A stretch of 64,000 bases of DNA from Candidatus Binataceae bacterium (GCA_035508495.1 DATJMX010000002.1:91487-155486), one strand, 5' to 3'; shown: positions 1 through 11,154, counted from the first letter of the stretch. Notes: a model not told the origin generated them from the sequence alone. Made by a program: numbers and translations.

Positions 1-2750
1 GACGCGGAATCGCGATCGAATCCTGATCGACCAGCGCGATATTGTCAGGCGAGTTAGCGAGCTGGTCGAGCGGCCGCATGTGGATCACGAGGCGGCCCGA
101 GGCCTGCTGACTTTCAGTCTCGGCGAGCACGCGCTCGACCATGTTAAGGGTCTGCGCCTGCATCGCGGCGCTTTGCGGATTCGGCTGCTGGGTGGAGGCC
201 TGGAGCAGTTGCGGATTCATCTGCAGATGCGCGACCTGGGCCTGCAGGCGATGGCGCGCCTCGTCGAGGCGCTGCTGCTGTTCGCGGCGGATCGATTGGC
301 GAATCAGCACGGTGGCCGGCAGGTAAGCATCGGGAAGCAGACCGCCGGCGCGCTCGATCACCGACGCGATTCGCTCGCCGTCATGAATTGTATAGGGTCC
401 CGGACGCGCCACCTGGCCGCGGACCTGAACAACCCACGGCAGATGCCAATCCGAGGCTCGCTGCACAAACAGTTGATCATTGGCAACCAGTTGTGGATTG
501 CTCTCCACCAGGCCGTCGAGCGCCCCGCGCAGGTTCACGTCCATCGTGGTGTGGGTCGTGTGCGATCCGTTGATCACCTCGGTGCGCGCGAGCTCACCCT
601 GCTTCTGATACGCGTCGTCCTTGAGCCCGCCCGCGAGGTAGACGAGATCGCTTACGCGCATGCCCTGGCTCAGGACGTAGTAGCCGGGATTGCGCACCTC
701 ACCGAAGACCTGCACGGTCGGCAGGTACTTCATCTGTGATTCGCTGAATACCGTGAGCTCGTCCTGCTGCTTGAGGACCACGTCGTCGGAACCATCGATA
801 TGATCGCCGAGCGCTTCGCCGAGATCGACCGGCACCATGTGAATCGCGCGCTCACGGCCCTCCTGGCGGCGGATCAGCGCGTACTTGAAAAAGGTATGCG
901 GCGCGACGCCCTCGGCCTGTGCGATCAAATCCGAGACCCGCATCCCCTGATGCCACTCGAATTTGCCGGGCCGGTTCACGCTGCCGCGCACGACGACCAC
1001 GTCGTGCTGCTCAGGCAGCACTGGATAAACCTTGATCAGGTCGCCGTCGCGGACCGTAACGCGCTGCGAGCGCATCTGGTCGAGATCGACATCGAGCGCG
1101 ATCCGCTTGTCGTGGTTCTCCACGCGCTCGACCTGGACCCGCTGCGAATATCCGAACGCGCTGATTCCACCGGCAAGGCGCAACACGTTGGAGAGGCTCT
1201 CGGCGTTGCTGGCCAGCTCGTAGATCGCGGGCCGCTTCACGTCGCCGGCGACGCCCGCGACGGGGCCGATCACCGGCACGAAGATTACGTCGCTCGGCTG
1301 CAGCTGTTCGTCACCGCGCGCGTCGCCGTTGAGTAACAGATTGTAGAGATCGATCGACTTCGCGACCTGGTTGCCGCGCCGGAGCTCGATGCGCCTGAGG
1401 CTGCCGATCTTGGTGATTCCGCCCGAGGCCGCCAGCGCGTTGGAGACGTGCGAGAGCGAGCTTACCGTGTAGGCCCCGGGCTGCTGGACTTCGCCCACGA
1501 CGAACACCTGGATCGTCCTGAGCTTGCCCATCGTGACTTCGACCTGCACCCCGGTTATCTGCGAGGCGTGCCCTTCGATGAGATGCTTGGCCTGCTCGAA
1601 GGTCAGACCGGCCACCTGCAGCGGGCCGATCTCAGGAATCATCACCGAGCCATCGCGCGAGACGTTGAGCGACAGCGTGTTGTTGATTCGCCCCCACATC
1701 AGCATCCGGAGCTGATCGCCGGGACCGATGACGTAGTCGTTGCCCACGGGCACGTTTGCGACCGGCGCGAAGGTCGAAACTCGCTGTGAAAAAATCGAAT
1801 AGCCGAATTGCTGAAGGTTGCGCGTCGAAGGCGCGGCCGGCGTTTGCGCGGTATCGAGCCCCCTGAACGTTTGCTCGATCGACGACACCTGTTGCGGTGC
1901 GCTGAATCCGCCCGCCCCGCCCGCGCCAACCTGCATGCCCATCTCCCGGCCCGGCGGGTTGGTATTGGTATCGCCATTGGGCGAGGAGAGCTGCGTGCAG
2001 CTTTTCAATTGATCGAGCTGAGAGTCGGTGAACGAAAGCCCGAGCGCACGGCCGATCCCGGCGACATCGTTGGGGCCGATTTGACGCGAGGCGAGATGGA
2101 GACAGAGCTCCTGCATGTCATCCGGCGAGAGTCCGCCTGAGGCCATTTGCGATTTGAGGTTGCCGATCTCGTCGGCCGAGATGCCGAGCTGCTGCATCAT
2201 CGTGGTCAGGCGTTGACGATCGAACTGCTGGCCGAGGCCGCTGCCCATTGCACCGCTCATCCCGCCGCCAAGAGAACTTCCGGCGCCACCCAAGCCGCCG
2301 TTGTTGTAGCCACTCATGCCGCGAAGCGAGCTGCTGCCCATGCCGCCGGCGCCGTTTTCATCGCCCGAAGATGAGCCGTCATCCGATCCGTTCATGCCTG
2401 TCGCGCCGTTCTCGCCCGCCGTCCCCGGCTGCGCGCATGGCGGCAGACCGGAGCTCGCAGCATTGGGATCGTTTGGATCGGCACACAGCGCCGCCGCACC
2501 GCGGCCGTTTGGATTGTTTGGCGCGCCGTTGGGGTTGTCGGAGTCGTCGTCGGTGGGATTGACGTTGAAGGGATTGGAGAGCGGATCACGCATCGAAGGA
2601 TTCGCCCCGCCGGAGCCGTCGTAGCCTCCTGAGCTCATCCCCGATGCGCCCATTTGCGCGCGCGCGCGGCCGCCAAAAATGACGATCGCGAGGATCGCGA
2701 GCGCGATCAGAAGGGCTTTCGGATATCTCAGCTCGCCCATTATTACAGAA
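1..2750 (-). CDS. Polysaccharide export protein, Wza-like (Poly_export + SLBB domains), with a long N-terminal Gly/Ser/Asn-rich low-complexity region. It is partial: the C-terminus lies beyond the left window edge
   Basis: Manual minus-strand translation from the ATG at 2748-2750 gives MGELRYPKALLIALAILAIVIFGG (signal/TM), then a ~170-aa G/S/N/D/P-rich segment. After that comes a Poly_export-like motif (NDYVIGPGDQLRMLMWGRINNTLSLNVSRDGSVMIPEIGPLQVAGLTFEQAKHLIE) followed by SLBB-like repeats. The frame stays open to position 1. The track omitted it because there is no in-window stop. Plus-strand ORFs 80..2374 share one frame and look like antisense artefacts. Confidence 0.7.
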
Positions 2751-3175
2751 AGCAAGCGCTGTTCGGCGCGGCCTTCCTCCCCGCTAGCCTGATAATACGG
2801 GGTGCAATCATAGCCCATTATCAATCAAATGAAAGGGCAATGGAGTCGATGTTGATGGTGAGAATTTTCAGATGCCTCTGTTCGCAGCGTACGCGTCGAA
2901 TATGCGTCCGCCATCCCATCTATGACAGGCGAAGATGACGCCTCAAGCAGGACGCCGACGCAGATAAATAGCACGCCGTCGTCGCACAGAAAAACCCGTG
3001 GAGGTTATCGTTGGGTCTGTTTGGTCTAGTACCGTTCAAAAATTCAATGATTCTCTTTAACACGCTAAATCTCCAAGCGTCAAGGCAAAATTCGGCTCTT
3101 GCCGATCGATGCACATCTCTTCGGATGTAGCGATCGATTGAACATCGATGCGAATGGATTTGGCGGCTGGCCAGA

Positions 3176-3760
3176 TTAGATCAGCCCGTTTGTCTGCGAC
3201 AGCTCGATGTCCTGCCGCAGCGGTCCTCCGGCGGGACCAACGACCGCCACCAGCCGATTTGGACCGTCAAAGCTGATGCGCTCGCCGTGCGGCAGCTCCC
3301 ACATCGCATCGAGGCTCGAGGCCGATGTGCCCGGCCCCTGATGCGTCCTGGCGGGCTTACCGAACGCCTTCTCCAGCATGTCGAACACGGTGTCGGCAGA
3401 CGGCGCGGAAAAGCGCGCCATCACGAGCTGCATCCCGGTTCGATCGGTGAACTCGAAGATCACGTGCTCCCATAGGATCGAATCCACTTCGTAGTTCTCG
3501 ACGCTGTATGCGTCTGCGCCATAGGGGGCGCTCTTCACTTCGCCCTTCGGCATCGTGCGCTGCACGTGCTCGAGCGAGTCGCCGAACTTGACGCCGAGAA
3601 ACGAAGTCATCGTGCGCGGGTCGCCCATGAACAGGCCGATCACCGCGGCGGCCGCGGCAGTGGGCGCGTTCGATCCTTCGGGCGCTTGCGCACATCCGGC
3701 GCTCACCACCATCGCCAGCGCAAGCGTGCCCGCCAGTATCGAGCTGCGCGTGATGTTCAA
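3176..3760 (-). CDS. Hypothetical lipoprotein
   Basis: N-terminal signal peptide with a lipobox (LAMVVSAGC). I recognise no family. Confidence 0.55.
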   Translation of the reverse strand: MNITRSSILAGTLALAMVVSAGCAQAPEGSNAPTAAAAAVIGLFMGDPRTMTSFLGVKFGDSLEHVQRTMPKGEVKSAPYGADAYSVENYEVDSILWEHVIFEFTDRTGMQLVMARFSAPSADTVFDMLEKAFGKPARTHQGPGTSASSLDAMWELPHGERISFDGPNRLVAVVGPAGGPLRQDIELSQTNGLI

Positions 3761-3764
3761 AGAA

Positions 3765-4280
3765 TCAGTCTGACTTAGCGACGGCGGCGGCGGAGAGAAC
3801 CACCCGCAGGCCGCTTGCTTCGACGGCGCTCAGCAAGATCGCGACGCGCTCGGTCCCCGACAGGTAGCGCTCGAAGATCGCTTCGAAGCCGCGGAACGGT
3901 CCATCAACCACCGTCACTTTCTCGCCCGCGCCTAAAGGCTTGTCAGGAATCTCGATGATATCGTCGACGCCGCGGCGGCGGATCTCGGTAACGATCGTTT
4001 CAGGCACCGCGAGCGGATCCATCCCGGCCGAGACGATACCGCGCACGCCCGCCATGTACTTGATATCGAAATAGCGCTCCTTGAGATTGAAGCGCGCGAA
4101 GAGGTAGCACGGGAACAGCGGGCCTATCGACTCTGCCATGCGGCCCCAGCGCGGTGCGCGCGCCTTCAAAAGCGGCAGGAAGACCTCGTTCGCGAGCGGG
4201 GCGATTTGATCCTTGACCCAGCGCTCCTTGCCGGTCTTGGTGCGGATGAGATACCAGTCGCTCGCTGTGGCTGCATCCAT
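3765..4280 (-). CDS. NusG/RfaH-family transcription antitermination paralog (NGN + KOW)
   Basis: NGN-like WYLIRTKTGKERWVKDQI...EVFLPLL...PLFPCYLFARF, and KOW-like GEKVTVVDGPFRGFEAIFERY...RVAILLS. Start chosen at MDAATASDWYL (ATG 4278-4280), which has a GGGAG RBS 5 nt upstream. The track ORF extends to 4364. Confidence 0.7.
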   Translation of the reverse strand: MDAATASDWYLIRTKTGKERWVKDQIAPLANEVFLPLLKARAPRWGRMAESIGPLFPCYLFARFNLKERYFDIKYMAGVRGIVSAGMDPLAVPETIVTEIRRRGVDDIIEIPDKPLGAGEKVTVVDGPFRGFEAIFERYLSGTERVAILLSAVEASGLRVVLSAAAVAKSD

Positions 4281-4398
4281 TTCGGCTCCCATGTCAGAGA
4301 CCATGCTAGGAGCATGAAGCGCGGCACGCCAGTGGTCCAGACAAAAAGAGAGCGGCTGAGGCATTCGCCCCAGCCGCTCTCGCTAAGAAACCCGGGAA

Positions 4399-6309
4399 CT
4401 AGATTTCGTAGGTCAGCGTGAACTCGAGCAGGTTCGTGCGCTGCGAACGGCTGTACAGGAACGGATCCGTGTTACGACCGCTGCGGCCGAGGAACCAGAT
4501 CGTATTCGCGCCCATCAGGATATTGCGCGAGTAACGGAATGTGTTGCTGGATCCAACCGCGCCGACGTTGTCGTCGATATCCCACTGGAACACGTTGCCC
4601 GACGTGAGCTGACCGTTCATCAGCCAGTTGACGGCCGACAGGAAAAAGAAGTTCCCATCTTCGCGCAACTTGCCTGCGGTCGGAAACGAACTCGCGTTGG
4701 TCGGACGATCCGGGAACCAGGTGTTGACGTACTGCGCGGTCAGGAACGTGTGCTGCTTCGAGATCCAGGGGATGTAGGTCGGACGGTCGCCAGCGATGAT
4801 GAAGCGGGCGCGCTCCGAAGTGACCGAGCCCTCCGGACTGGTGCTGGTTCCCACGTCGCCGTAGCGCGGTTCCCACAGGACGTCATAGCGGTACACGATG
4901 TCGGTCAGCGCCTTGTCGTAGTACGTACCGGTCAAGCCGAAGAAATTGTTGCGGCGCCAGTCGGTTTCGTCGAGGACCGCGAAAGTACCCGACTTCGGCA
5001 CACCGGGCAGCGGCTGGCCGAACTGGTAAGCGCCAGGAATATAGAACTCGCCCGGAGCGATTTTGATAACCGTGGCCGGGTTGATGCCCGCGGCGTTCGA
5101 GCCCATTGCCTGGACCGCCTGTGTCGCGGTGCACTGCGCGCAATTAACGTTCAGGTTTTCGTCGCGATACTCGTACAGGTAGATGAAGCTTGCCTGGAGA
5201 CCGTCACCGATCGGCAGCAGCGAAGAGGCGCGGAAGCCGAACTCGCTGTTCTCCAGCGAACGGCTCGGCATCTTGCTCATGTGCATGAACGGATTGCCGG
5301 TCGAGGTTGCGAGGTCGACGAAGTTGAAACCGGGAAACAACAGCATGCCGCCGCCACCCGAGCCGGCGTAGCCGAGGTTGGCGTTGCCGAGATACTGAGC
5401 GCGATAGGGCTGGCCGTTCTGATTGTAGAGCGTGCCGCCCAGCGTCAGCGTCGATGGCACAACCCAGGGATTGCGGGAGTCAGTCTGCACGTTGACGGCA
5501 GGACCGTTCTGCGCCTGGAGGTCGCCCGGGATGATGAACGCTTCAAGTTCGTTATTCGCCGTCTTGAGGAAGTCGGGCAGAATGTAGTTGAACTTGATCA
5601 TCTGCACGTTGGTGCGCTGGTCTTCGGGCGATTCCGCACCGTAGAAGCCGTGCCAGGTCGCATTAACGATGTTGGTAACTTCGGTACCTGACAGCGCGTC
5701 AGCTTCCGACCAGATGATCTGCTGCTTGCCGACACGAGCCGAGAAGTTGTCGGTGAAATTGAGCTGCGCGTAGTACTCGCGCAGGTCGTCCTTGAAATAT
5801 TCCTGCTGGAGTTCCGAATGCGTGTAATTGCTGAAGTCGCGATTGGGCTCTGCGATACCCTTGTTCTTCAGCGTCCCTTCGGCGTCGTACCAGGGCCGAT
5901 AGAAAGCGAAGAAGTCGGCGTCCTTCAGAATCAACGTGTCGAAGCGGCCAAGCAGCTTATAGTTCTTGACCATGTGGTAATCGGGACGGATGTCGGCGAG
6001 TTGCCGCATTTCGTTCAGATCCCAATGGTTGAAGTCGAAGCTGCCGCCGGTCTCCGTCGCCGCTTTACCGGGTATTACCGAGACGGTGCCGCCGGGACCG
6101 GTTACGAAGGTGCTCGCCGTACCGTTGTTGACGGCGCTGCCTTCACCCCATTGCCCGCCCTCGCGGGTTTCAAAAAACCCGAAGACCGAAAAATCACCCT
6201 GCGTGATTGTTGCTTTCGCGACCGTTGACCAGAGTGTGGTGGCCGCAGCAGCGGCACCGATCAACAGCAGGCGCAACTGAGCGCCTCGTCCCATTTTCCC
6301 ATTCAGCAT
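4399..6309 (-). CDS. Large outer-membrane beta-barrel protein (DUF1302-like), signal-peptide bearing
   Basis: Signal peptide MLNGKMGRGAQLRLLLIGAAAAATTLWSTVAKA. The 640 aa are rich in alternating aromatic/polar beta-strand patterns with Gly/Asn/Thr loops. The C-terminus is LLEFTLTYEI. The start is inferred: ATG 6307-6309 with a G-rich RBS. Confidence 0.55.
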   Translation of the reverse strand: MLNGKMGRGAQLRLLLIGAAAAATTLWSTVAKATITQGDFSVFGFFETREGGQWGEGSAVNNGTASTFVTGPGGTVSVIPGKAATETGGSFDFNHWDLNEMRQLADIRPDYHMVKNYKLLGRFDTLILKDADFFAFYRPWYDAEGTLKNKGIAEPNRDFSNYTHSELQQEYFKDDLREYYAQLNFTDNFSARVGKQQIIWSEADALSGTEVTNIVNATWHGFYGAESPEDQRTNVQMIKFNYILPDFLKTANNELEAFIIPGDLQAQNGPAVNVQTDSRNPWVVPSTLTLGGTLYNQNGQPYRAQYLGNANLGYAGSGGGGMLLFPGFNFVDLATSTGNPFMHMSKMPSRSLENSEFGFRASSLLPIGDGLQASFIYLYEYRDENLNVNCAQCTATQAVQAMGSNAAGINPATVIKIAPGEFYIPGAYQFGQPLPGVPKSGTFAVLDETDWRRNNFFGLTGTYYDKALTDIVYRYDVLWEPRYGDVGTSTSPEGSVTSERARFIIAGDRPTYIPWISKQHTFLTAQYVNTWFPDRPTNASSFPTAGKLREDGNFFFLSAVNWLMNGQLTSGNVFQWDIDDNVGAVGSSNTFRYSRNILMGANTIWFLGRSGRNTDPFLYSRSQRTNLLEFTLTYEI

Positions 6310-6950
6310 AAGCACCCCCGAGCCAGTTGGAGCCCTCGCGGTTATGTAGTAACCCCTCACAGACTGATGGCGCGGACACACAATCGCGCCGCCAGTCAAA
6401 CCCTACGAACGGGCGTTTCGTACCATTCTGAACGAGACGTTGTCAAGAAGGCGGCACGTCTCTGTCATCTGCTCGCAATAGCCTCGTAAGCCGCCGGTGA
6501 TTTTCAAAAGCCTGATGTTTAGAACCAAAATCCCGGATGCGGTGGGGTGGAGATAAAAGAATTTGAGCGCTGAAGGGACAGGCAGATGCTACTTCGAGCA
6601 GCGCGAAGGCGGGGCGGTCGAAACCGTGCAGCGCTCTCCATGAGATTCAGAAACTTGCTTCATTTAGCCAACGCCTAAACACTGTGAGCCTAAAGGGATT
6701 GAGACAAGTTGAATTTTCTGTGAAACGGTTTGGGCGCTTGTTGCGCGATTGCGCAAAGTTAAGGCTCCGTTACTACCCGCTTGAATTTCCAATCTGATCA
6801 GTGTAGGTAAGGCCACCGATATGTCTGTCAGCGGGGGTACCACGTGGCGATTCGAGCAGATAGCGGGCTCGCGCGCGATGACGGCGAAATCCTCGGGGCG
6901 GAAATGCAAATAGGTTGAAGCGGCCGCGTGAATTAGGCGGGGGTAACAGA

Positions 6951-8543
6951 ATGCATCAGGGAAGGTTGAATATGGTGACCATCGGAGGAAACGAAAACGG
7001 GTCTGCGCACCCGGTATCGAACCGGCCGCCGCTTCTTGCCAGAGTGGCTGGAACACTGGCGGCGACGGCGCTGATTGTTTCAACGGGCTCGTCCGTTCTG
7101 GCAGCCCCAGCGGCTCCAAAGATAACCGCCAGCCCGGTCGCAATTGTCAGCGCCGGCGGGGGAGCGAATCTGACTGGAGCATCTCTATCATCGATCGAGG
7201 TCTTCAAACTCGGAAGCCAACTAAATTCGGGCCCAACGCAGTACCTCCACGGCAGCGCGGTCGGACTGCTCAACGCCACGGATATCAAGTACAGCCCCGG
7301 CGACAACTTCTTTGCGGTCTCGAACTCAGCCACTGCGCTGGGCGGAACTGCGGCTGTTGGCGGAGCAACCTACATTTACTCTGCCGCTGCTAACGGTAAT
7401 CAGGGGCCCGTTCAAAGCTTAATATCTCCCAGCACGGACATCCCCGATGGAGTCTCGTGGGACGCCGATGGCGATCTGTGGGTGGCGGATTTTGGCACGC
7501 CCTCGTGCGCCGTTACGGCCCCGGGCGTCTGTAACAGCAAGTCGATCGATATCTGCCCGGTTCCGGGGACGATCGAGGAGTTCGTGCCTAACGGTTCTAC
7601 GCTTACGGCTCCGAATGTCATGTACCCGATTCCGGTTCGAGTTATCAAGGCGTGCTCTTCAGTGTACACGTCGGCCAGTGCTAGATACCCGGGCACCATC
7701 ATTACGTCGGGGATCGTTGCGCCGGTCGGAATCGCGGTCTCCCCGGGTGAGGGCTCGGTTCAGGTCTGCGTGCCCGGATATCCAACGTCGAATTATGGTT
7801 GTGGAGCCTTGGGCGGCGTGAACGCGCCCATCGGCTACTATGGCAAGGTCTACACGCATGCAGTCTTCGTGGTGGACTCGGCTACGGGCACGATCACCGT
7901 GTACGAACCCGAGTTGGAAGAAGCAATCGGCAATGGCATTGCTTTCGGACGCGGACTCATCAGCGAAGACTTCGGTGTGGCTAATGGCACTCCCGACACA
8001 ATAGTTGAAGCGATGGCACCGCTCGGTAGCGGCCTCACTGGGCTGGGCGAATTCGTTGACCCGCAGTACATCGCGTTCGGCGCGACTGGGGGGTCAGGAC
8101 CTCAACTCCTGGTGACTGACGCAAGGGGCGGTCCAGTCGGCAGAGGCTCGATCTCCAGTATCCCGACGTACATCAGCACAGCGCCCTTCTGCGCGCAGCC
8201 TTTCGGCACTACTCCTGCCACTTTCGCGAACGGCTGCACCGTTCTTGTTGAGGGCGGCAAATTCTCCGGGGAAACGCCTACTGTCATCTCTTCGAGTTCC
8301 AATCCGCATATTAAGGACCTCACTGGCCTGCGCTCGCCGGAAGGTATTGCTGCCCTCGTCTCGGCGAAGGGCTACCTTGACGCGATTTTTGTGGCCAACC
8401 CGTTGACCGGCCAATTCGAGCAGTTCGCTCCTACCGCGTCAGGCAACGCGTCGCCTGCGGTAGTCATCGGCGGCAACACCAACCTCAGCAAGATGATCTT
8501 ACCGTGGGGCCTCACGATTCCGAATGCCGAGGCGGTCCCGTGA
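6951..8543 (+). CDS. Secreted repeat protein (beta-propeller/NHL-like repeats), hypothetical
   Basis: Signal peptide LLARVAGTLAATALIVSTGSSVLAAPAAP. The sequence is Gly/Ser/Thr/Ala-rich with motifs such as DGVSWDADGDLWVADFG. The start is ambiguous (6915, 6951 or 6972). Confidence 0.5.
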   Translation: MHQGRLNMVTIGGNENGSAHPVSNRPPLLARVAGTLAATALIVSTGSSVLAAPAAPKITASPVAIVSAGGGANLTGASLSSIEVFKLGSQLNSGPTQYLHGSAVGLLNATDIKYSPGDNFFAVSNSATALGGTAAVGGATYIYSAAANGNQGPVQSLISPSTDIPDGVSWDADGDLWVADFGTPSCAVTAPGVCNSKSIDICPVPGTIEEFVPNGSTLTAPNVMYPIPVRVIKACSSVYTSASARYPGTIITSGIVAPVGIAVSPGEGSVQVCVPGYPTSNYGCGALGGVNAPIGYYGKVYTHAVFVVDSATGTITVYEPELEEAIGNGIAFGRGLISEDFGVANGTPDTIVEAMAPLGSGLTGLGEFVDPQYIAFGATGGSGPQLLVTDARGGPVGRGSISSIPTYISTAPFCAQPFGTTPATFANGCTVLVEGGKFSGETPTVISSSSNPHIKDLTGLRSPEGIAALVSAKGYLDAIFVANPLTGQFEQFAPTASGNASPAVVIGGNTNLSKMILPWGLTIPNAEAVP

Positions 8544-8570
8544 AATAAACAAGCCGGATCAGGCTAGCAA

Positions 8571-8612
8571 GAAGGCCCTCGCGCCGTATGGCGCGAGGGC
8601 CTTCGCATTTCT
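8571..8612. terminator. Perfect 15-bp inverted repeat (GAAGGCCCTCGCGCC-gtat-GGCGCGAGGGCCTTC) between convergent genes; likely bidirectional terminator
   Basis: Read directly from the sequence at 8571-8604. It lies between the stop of the + gene (8543) and the stop of the - gene (8633). Confidence 0.55.
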
Positions 8613-8632
8613 GGAATCTTACGAAAACCTGG

Positions 8633-9214
8633 TCAGCGCAGATCTTCGCTGAGCGCGTCTGCGAGCGCGCCTGCGATCGGCGCCTCGGCGGCCAGGTTTG
8701 GATGATCGACTTCGATCCTGACCTTACCCGCCTGCGCCAGCGTATGAAATTGCTCGGCGCTCGTACCGTCCAATGGAAAGCGCACGAACTGCACTGAGCT
8801 CACGCGCTCGTCTGACATCTGGCGATCGTCGAACTTGACCGCAAGACGCTTGGCATCAACCACGAGCCACATGTGCCTTTCGAGGCCGACCAGCCGCCGC
8901 AGCGCCGCGTCGCGCTCGCGCACTTCCGAGTATTCGATGAGCATGGTCGCGACCAGCTCGCCGCCCTGCGGCACCAGCTCGTTGTAGGTCTCGATCTCGT
9001 GCTGAATCGCCTCGCGCGCCGCGAGCTTCTCGGTGCGCACCATCTCTTCGATTTGGTACCACGCCGTTTGCCGATTTTCGAAAAGCAGCGTGATATGCGA
9101 GCCGACGATGAGACGGCGCCGGTTCTTTTCCTGGATGACAAGCGGGCGAATCAGATCGCGCACGCGATCATAATTTTCGGCTGAAAGAATCTCGTCGAAT
9201 GAAATCGGTTTCAT
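8633..9214 (-). CDS. DUF3501-like protein of unknown function
   Basis: 193 aa with no cofactor motifs. Its start overlaps the stop of the upstream Fe-S CCG protein by 4 nt. I recall this as the conserved neighbour of HdrD-like/rubrerythrin genes; the family assignment is from memory. Confidence 0.55.
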   Translation of the reverse strand: MKPISFDEILSAENYDRVRDLIRPLVIQEKNRRRLIVGSHITLLFENRQTAWYQIEEMVRTEKLAAREAIQHEIETYNELVPQGGELVATMLIEYSEVRERDAALRRLVGLERHMWLVVDAKRLAVKFDDRQMSDERVSSVQFVRFPLDGTSAEQFHTLAQAGKVRIEVDHPNLAAEAPIAGALADALSEDLR

Positions 9215-10560
9215 GCTGATCGCTCCTCGGGCGACGCCGGCGGCGGCACGCGATCGGGAAAGCCATTCTCGTCATAGGCTCGCGCGAGCACTTCGACCGG
9301 ATGAATCGGCCGCACTCCCGTCGCCTGCTCGATCTGCACCGCGGCGAGCGGACAATCGGTCGCCATGATTTTCGCGTCGGCGTCGCGCATGCCGGAGAAT
9401 GCCTTCTCGCCCCACTTCATCGAGAGCTCGAAGAACTCCTTCTTCATCGCCCAGGTGCCGTCGTGCGCCGTGCACGCATCGACCGTCGCGATTTGGACGC
9501 CCGGAATCTGGCGCATCAGGTCGCGCGAGCGAAAGCCGATGCCCTGCGCCTTCAGATGACATGGGACGTGGTACGCGATACTAACCGGCGTGCTCTTAAA
9601 GTCCTTGCTGAACTTGCCGTCTCGCCGCACCTGGTAGAGCAGCTCGTGCGTGTCGATGATCGCCGCGGCGTATTCCTTGACGTCGTCGCCCGGCAGCAGG
9701 TTCGGATAAATCTTGCGCATCGTCATCGAGCAGGTCGGATTGATCGCGGCGATCTTGTAGCCCTGCCGCACCAACGGCAGCATCGAATCGATATTGGCGC
9801 GCGCCTGCTTGCGCGCGAACTCCACGTCGCCGCCGTCGAGCGCCGGCATCCCGCAGCAGTTCTGCTTCGGGCATTTGATGTCGCATCCGTTTTTCGCGAG
9901 CACCTTGACCGCGGCCTTGCCGGGTCCGGGGTTGTAGTAGTTCACGAAGCAGGTCGGAAAAAGCACGACCTTCGCCGAAGGCTCAGCGGGCGCCTGCGGA
10001 AGAGGATTGCGCGCGAGCCACTTGTCGAAGGTCTCGGCCGCGAAATCGGGCAGTTTCTTGTCGCGATGGATTCCAAGCAGCTTCTCCATCACCACGCGCT
10101 GAAACTTCTGCCGGCATCCCCAGTTCGCAACGCGGGGCGTCATGCTGCCGACCTTGCCCAGCAAATCGGGATTGCCGAGCGCCTTCTCGCGCATGCCGAC
10201 GCCGCGCTCTCTGGCGCGCACGGCCTTGGCGCGCATCAGGAGCGCCGGAAAATCGAGCTGGAATTCGTGGCCGTCGCGCGGAGTGTAGGGACACTTCACC
10301 TCGCACAGCTTGCACTCGTAGCAAAGATCGACGACGCGCTCGCGCTCGGCCTCGGTCAGCCCGCGCACGTCCTGCTCGTTGCGATCGGCGGCCTCGAACA
10401 GCGCCGGGAACGAGGGGCACAGGTTGAAGCACAGGCGGCATCCCTGGCAGATGTCGAAGCCGCGCATGAGCTCCTTGTCGAGGCCCGCACGATTCCAGTA
10501 TTCCGGGTCATTCAGATTGTAGGTAAGACCGTCAGTCGGTTTTGATTCGATACGACTCAT
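9211..10560 (-). CDS. (Fe-S)-binding protein of the HdrD/GlcF/GlpC type: two 4Fe-4S ferredoxin motifs plus two CCG domains
   Basis: Two ferredoxin motifs, [12 protein letters not shown] and [12 protein letters not shown]. Cys-rich CCG-type motifs follow: CFVNYYNPG...[10 protein letters not shown] and ...CHLK...DCP. Confidence 0.8.
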   Translation of the reverse strand: MSRIESKPTDGLTYNLNDPEYWNRAGLDKELMRGFDICQGCRLCFNLCPSFPALFEAADRNEQDVRGLTEAERERVVDLCYECKLCEVKCPYTPRDGHEFQLDFPALLMRAKAVRARERGVGMREKALGNPDLLGKVGSMTPRVANWGCRQKFQRVVMEKLLGIHRDKKLPDFAAETFDKWLARNPLPQAPAEPSAKVVLFPTCFVNYYNPGPGKAAVKVLAKNGCDIKCPKQNCCGMPALDGGDVEFARKQARANIDSMLPLVRQGYKIAAINPTCSMTMRKIYPNLLPGDDVKEYAAAIIDTHELLYQVRRDGKFSKDFKSTPVSIAYHVPCHLKAQGIGFRSRDLMRQIPGVQIATVDACTAHDGTWAMKKEFFELSMKWGEKAFSGMRDADAKIMATDCPLAAVQIEQATGVRPIHPVEVLARAYDENGFPDRVPPPASPEERSA

Positions 10561-10674
10561 TATGATGATGATTTACCGGCGGTCGGCACCGCCAGATGCG
10601 GGCGGATGAGAATCGAAGCCCCGGGGATCGCGTGCCAACGCGCGCAACCCCCGGGCTTTCAGAATTCGCGATGC

Positions 10675-11097
10675 TTATAGAGTGTCGGCAGCCTTGGCGA
10701 AACGTCCGGCGTGCGACTTCTCGGCCTTGGCCAGCGTCTCGAACCAGTCGGCGATCTCGGGGTAACCCTCGTCGCGCGCGGTCTTGGCCATCCCCGGATA
10801 CATGTCGGTGTACTCGTAGGTCTCGCCGTGCACGGCGCTCTTCAGGTTCGAATGCGAATCGCCAATCGGCTGATCGGTCACGGGATCGCCCACCGACTTG
10901 AGATAGTCGAGATGGCCGTGCGCATGGCCGGTCTCGCCCTCGGCGGTGTCGCGGAACAAGCCCGCGATCTCGGGCTGACCCTCGACGTCGGCGACCTTCG
11001 CGAAGTAGAGGTAGCGGCGGTTGGCCTGGCTCTCACCCGCGAAAGCGTCCTTGAGATTCTGATGAGTCTTTGATCCTTTGAGTGATTTCACTTTTCT
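10675..11097 (-). CDS. Rubrerythrin family protein (ferritin-like diiron domain; no rubredoxin domain evident)
   Basis: [13 protein letters not shown] and [12 protein letters not shown] motifs (E..H pairs). Start re-assigned to the GTG at 11095-11097, which has an AGGAGG RBS 8 nt upstream (VKSLKGSKT...). The track ORF start at 11142 lacks an RBS. Confidence 0.8.
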   Translation of the reverse strand, partial: RKVKSLKGSKTHQNLKDAFAGESQANRRYLYFAKVADVEGQPEIAGLFRDTAEGETGHAHGHLDYLKSVGDPVTDQPIGDSHSNLKSAVHGETYEYTDMYPGMAKTARDEGYPEIADWFETLAKAEKSHAGRFAKAADTL

Positions 11098-11154
11098 CCT
11101 GCCCTCCTGAACGGCGGTAATCTCCGTTGAGCCGCCGAACAATGTATTGCGGTT

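Noticed and set aside
80-2374. Series of same-frame plus-strand ORFs (80..739, 800..1336, 1448..1789, 1808..2140, 2147..2374)
   Set aside because: Arg/Leu/Ala-rich translations with no motifs. They lie exactly antisense to a long, motif-bearing minus-strand Wza-like ORF that the track missed because it is truncated by the window edge. This is typical high-GC antisense open frame.
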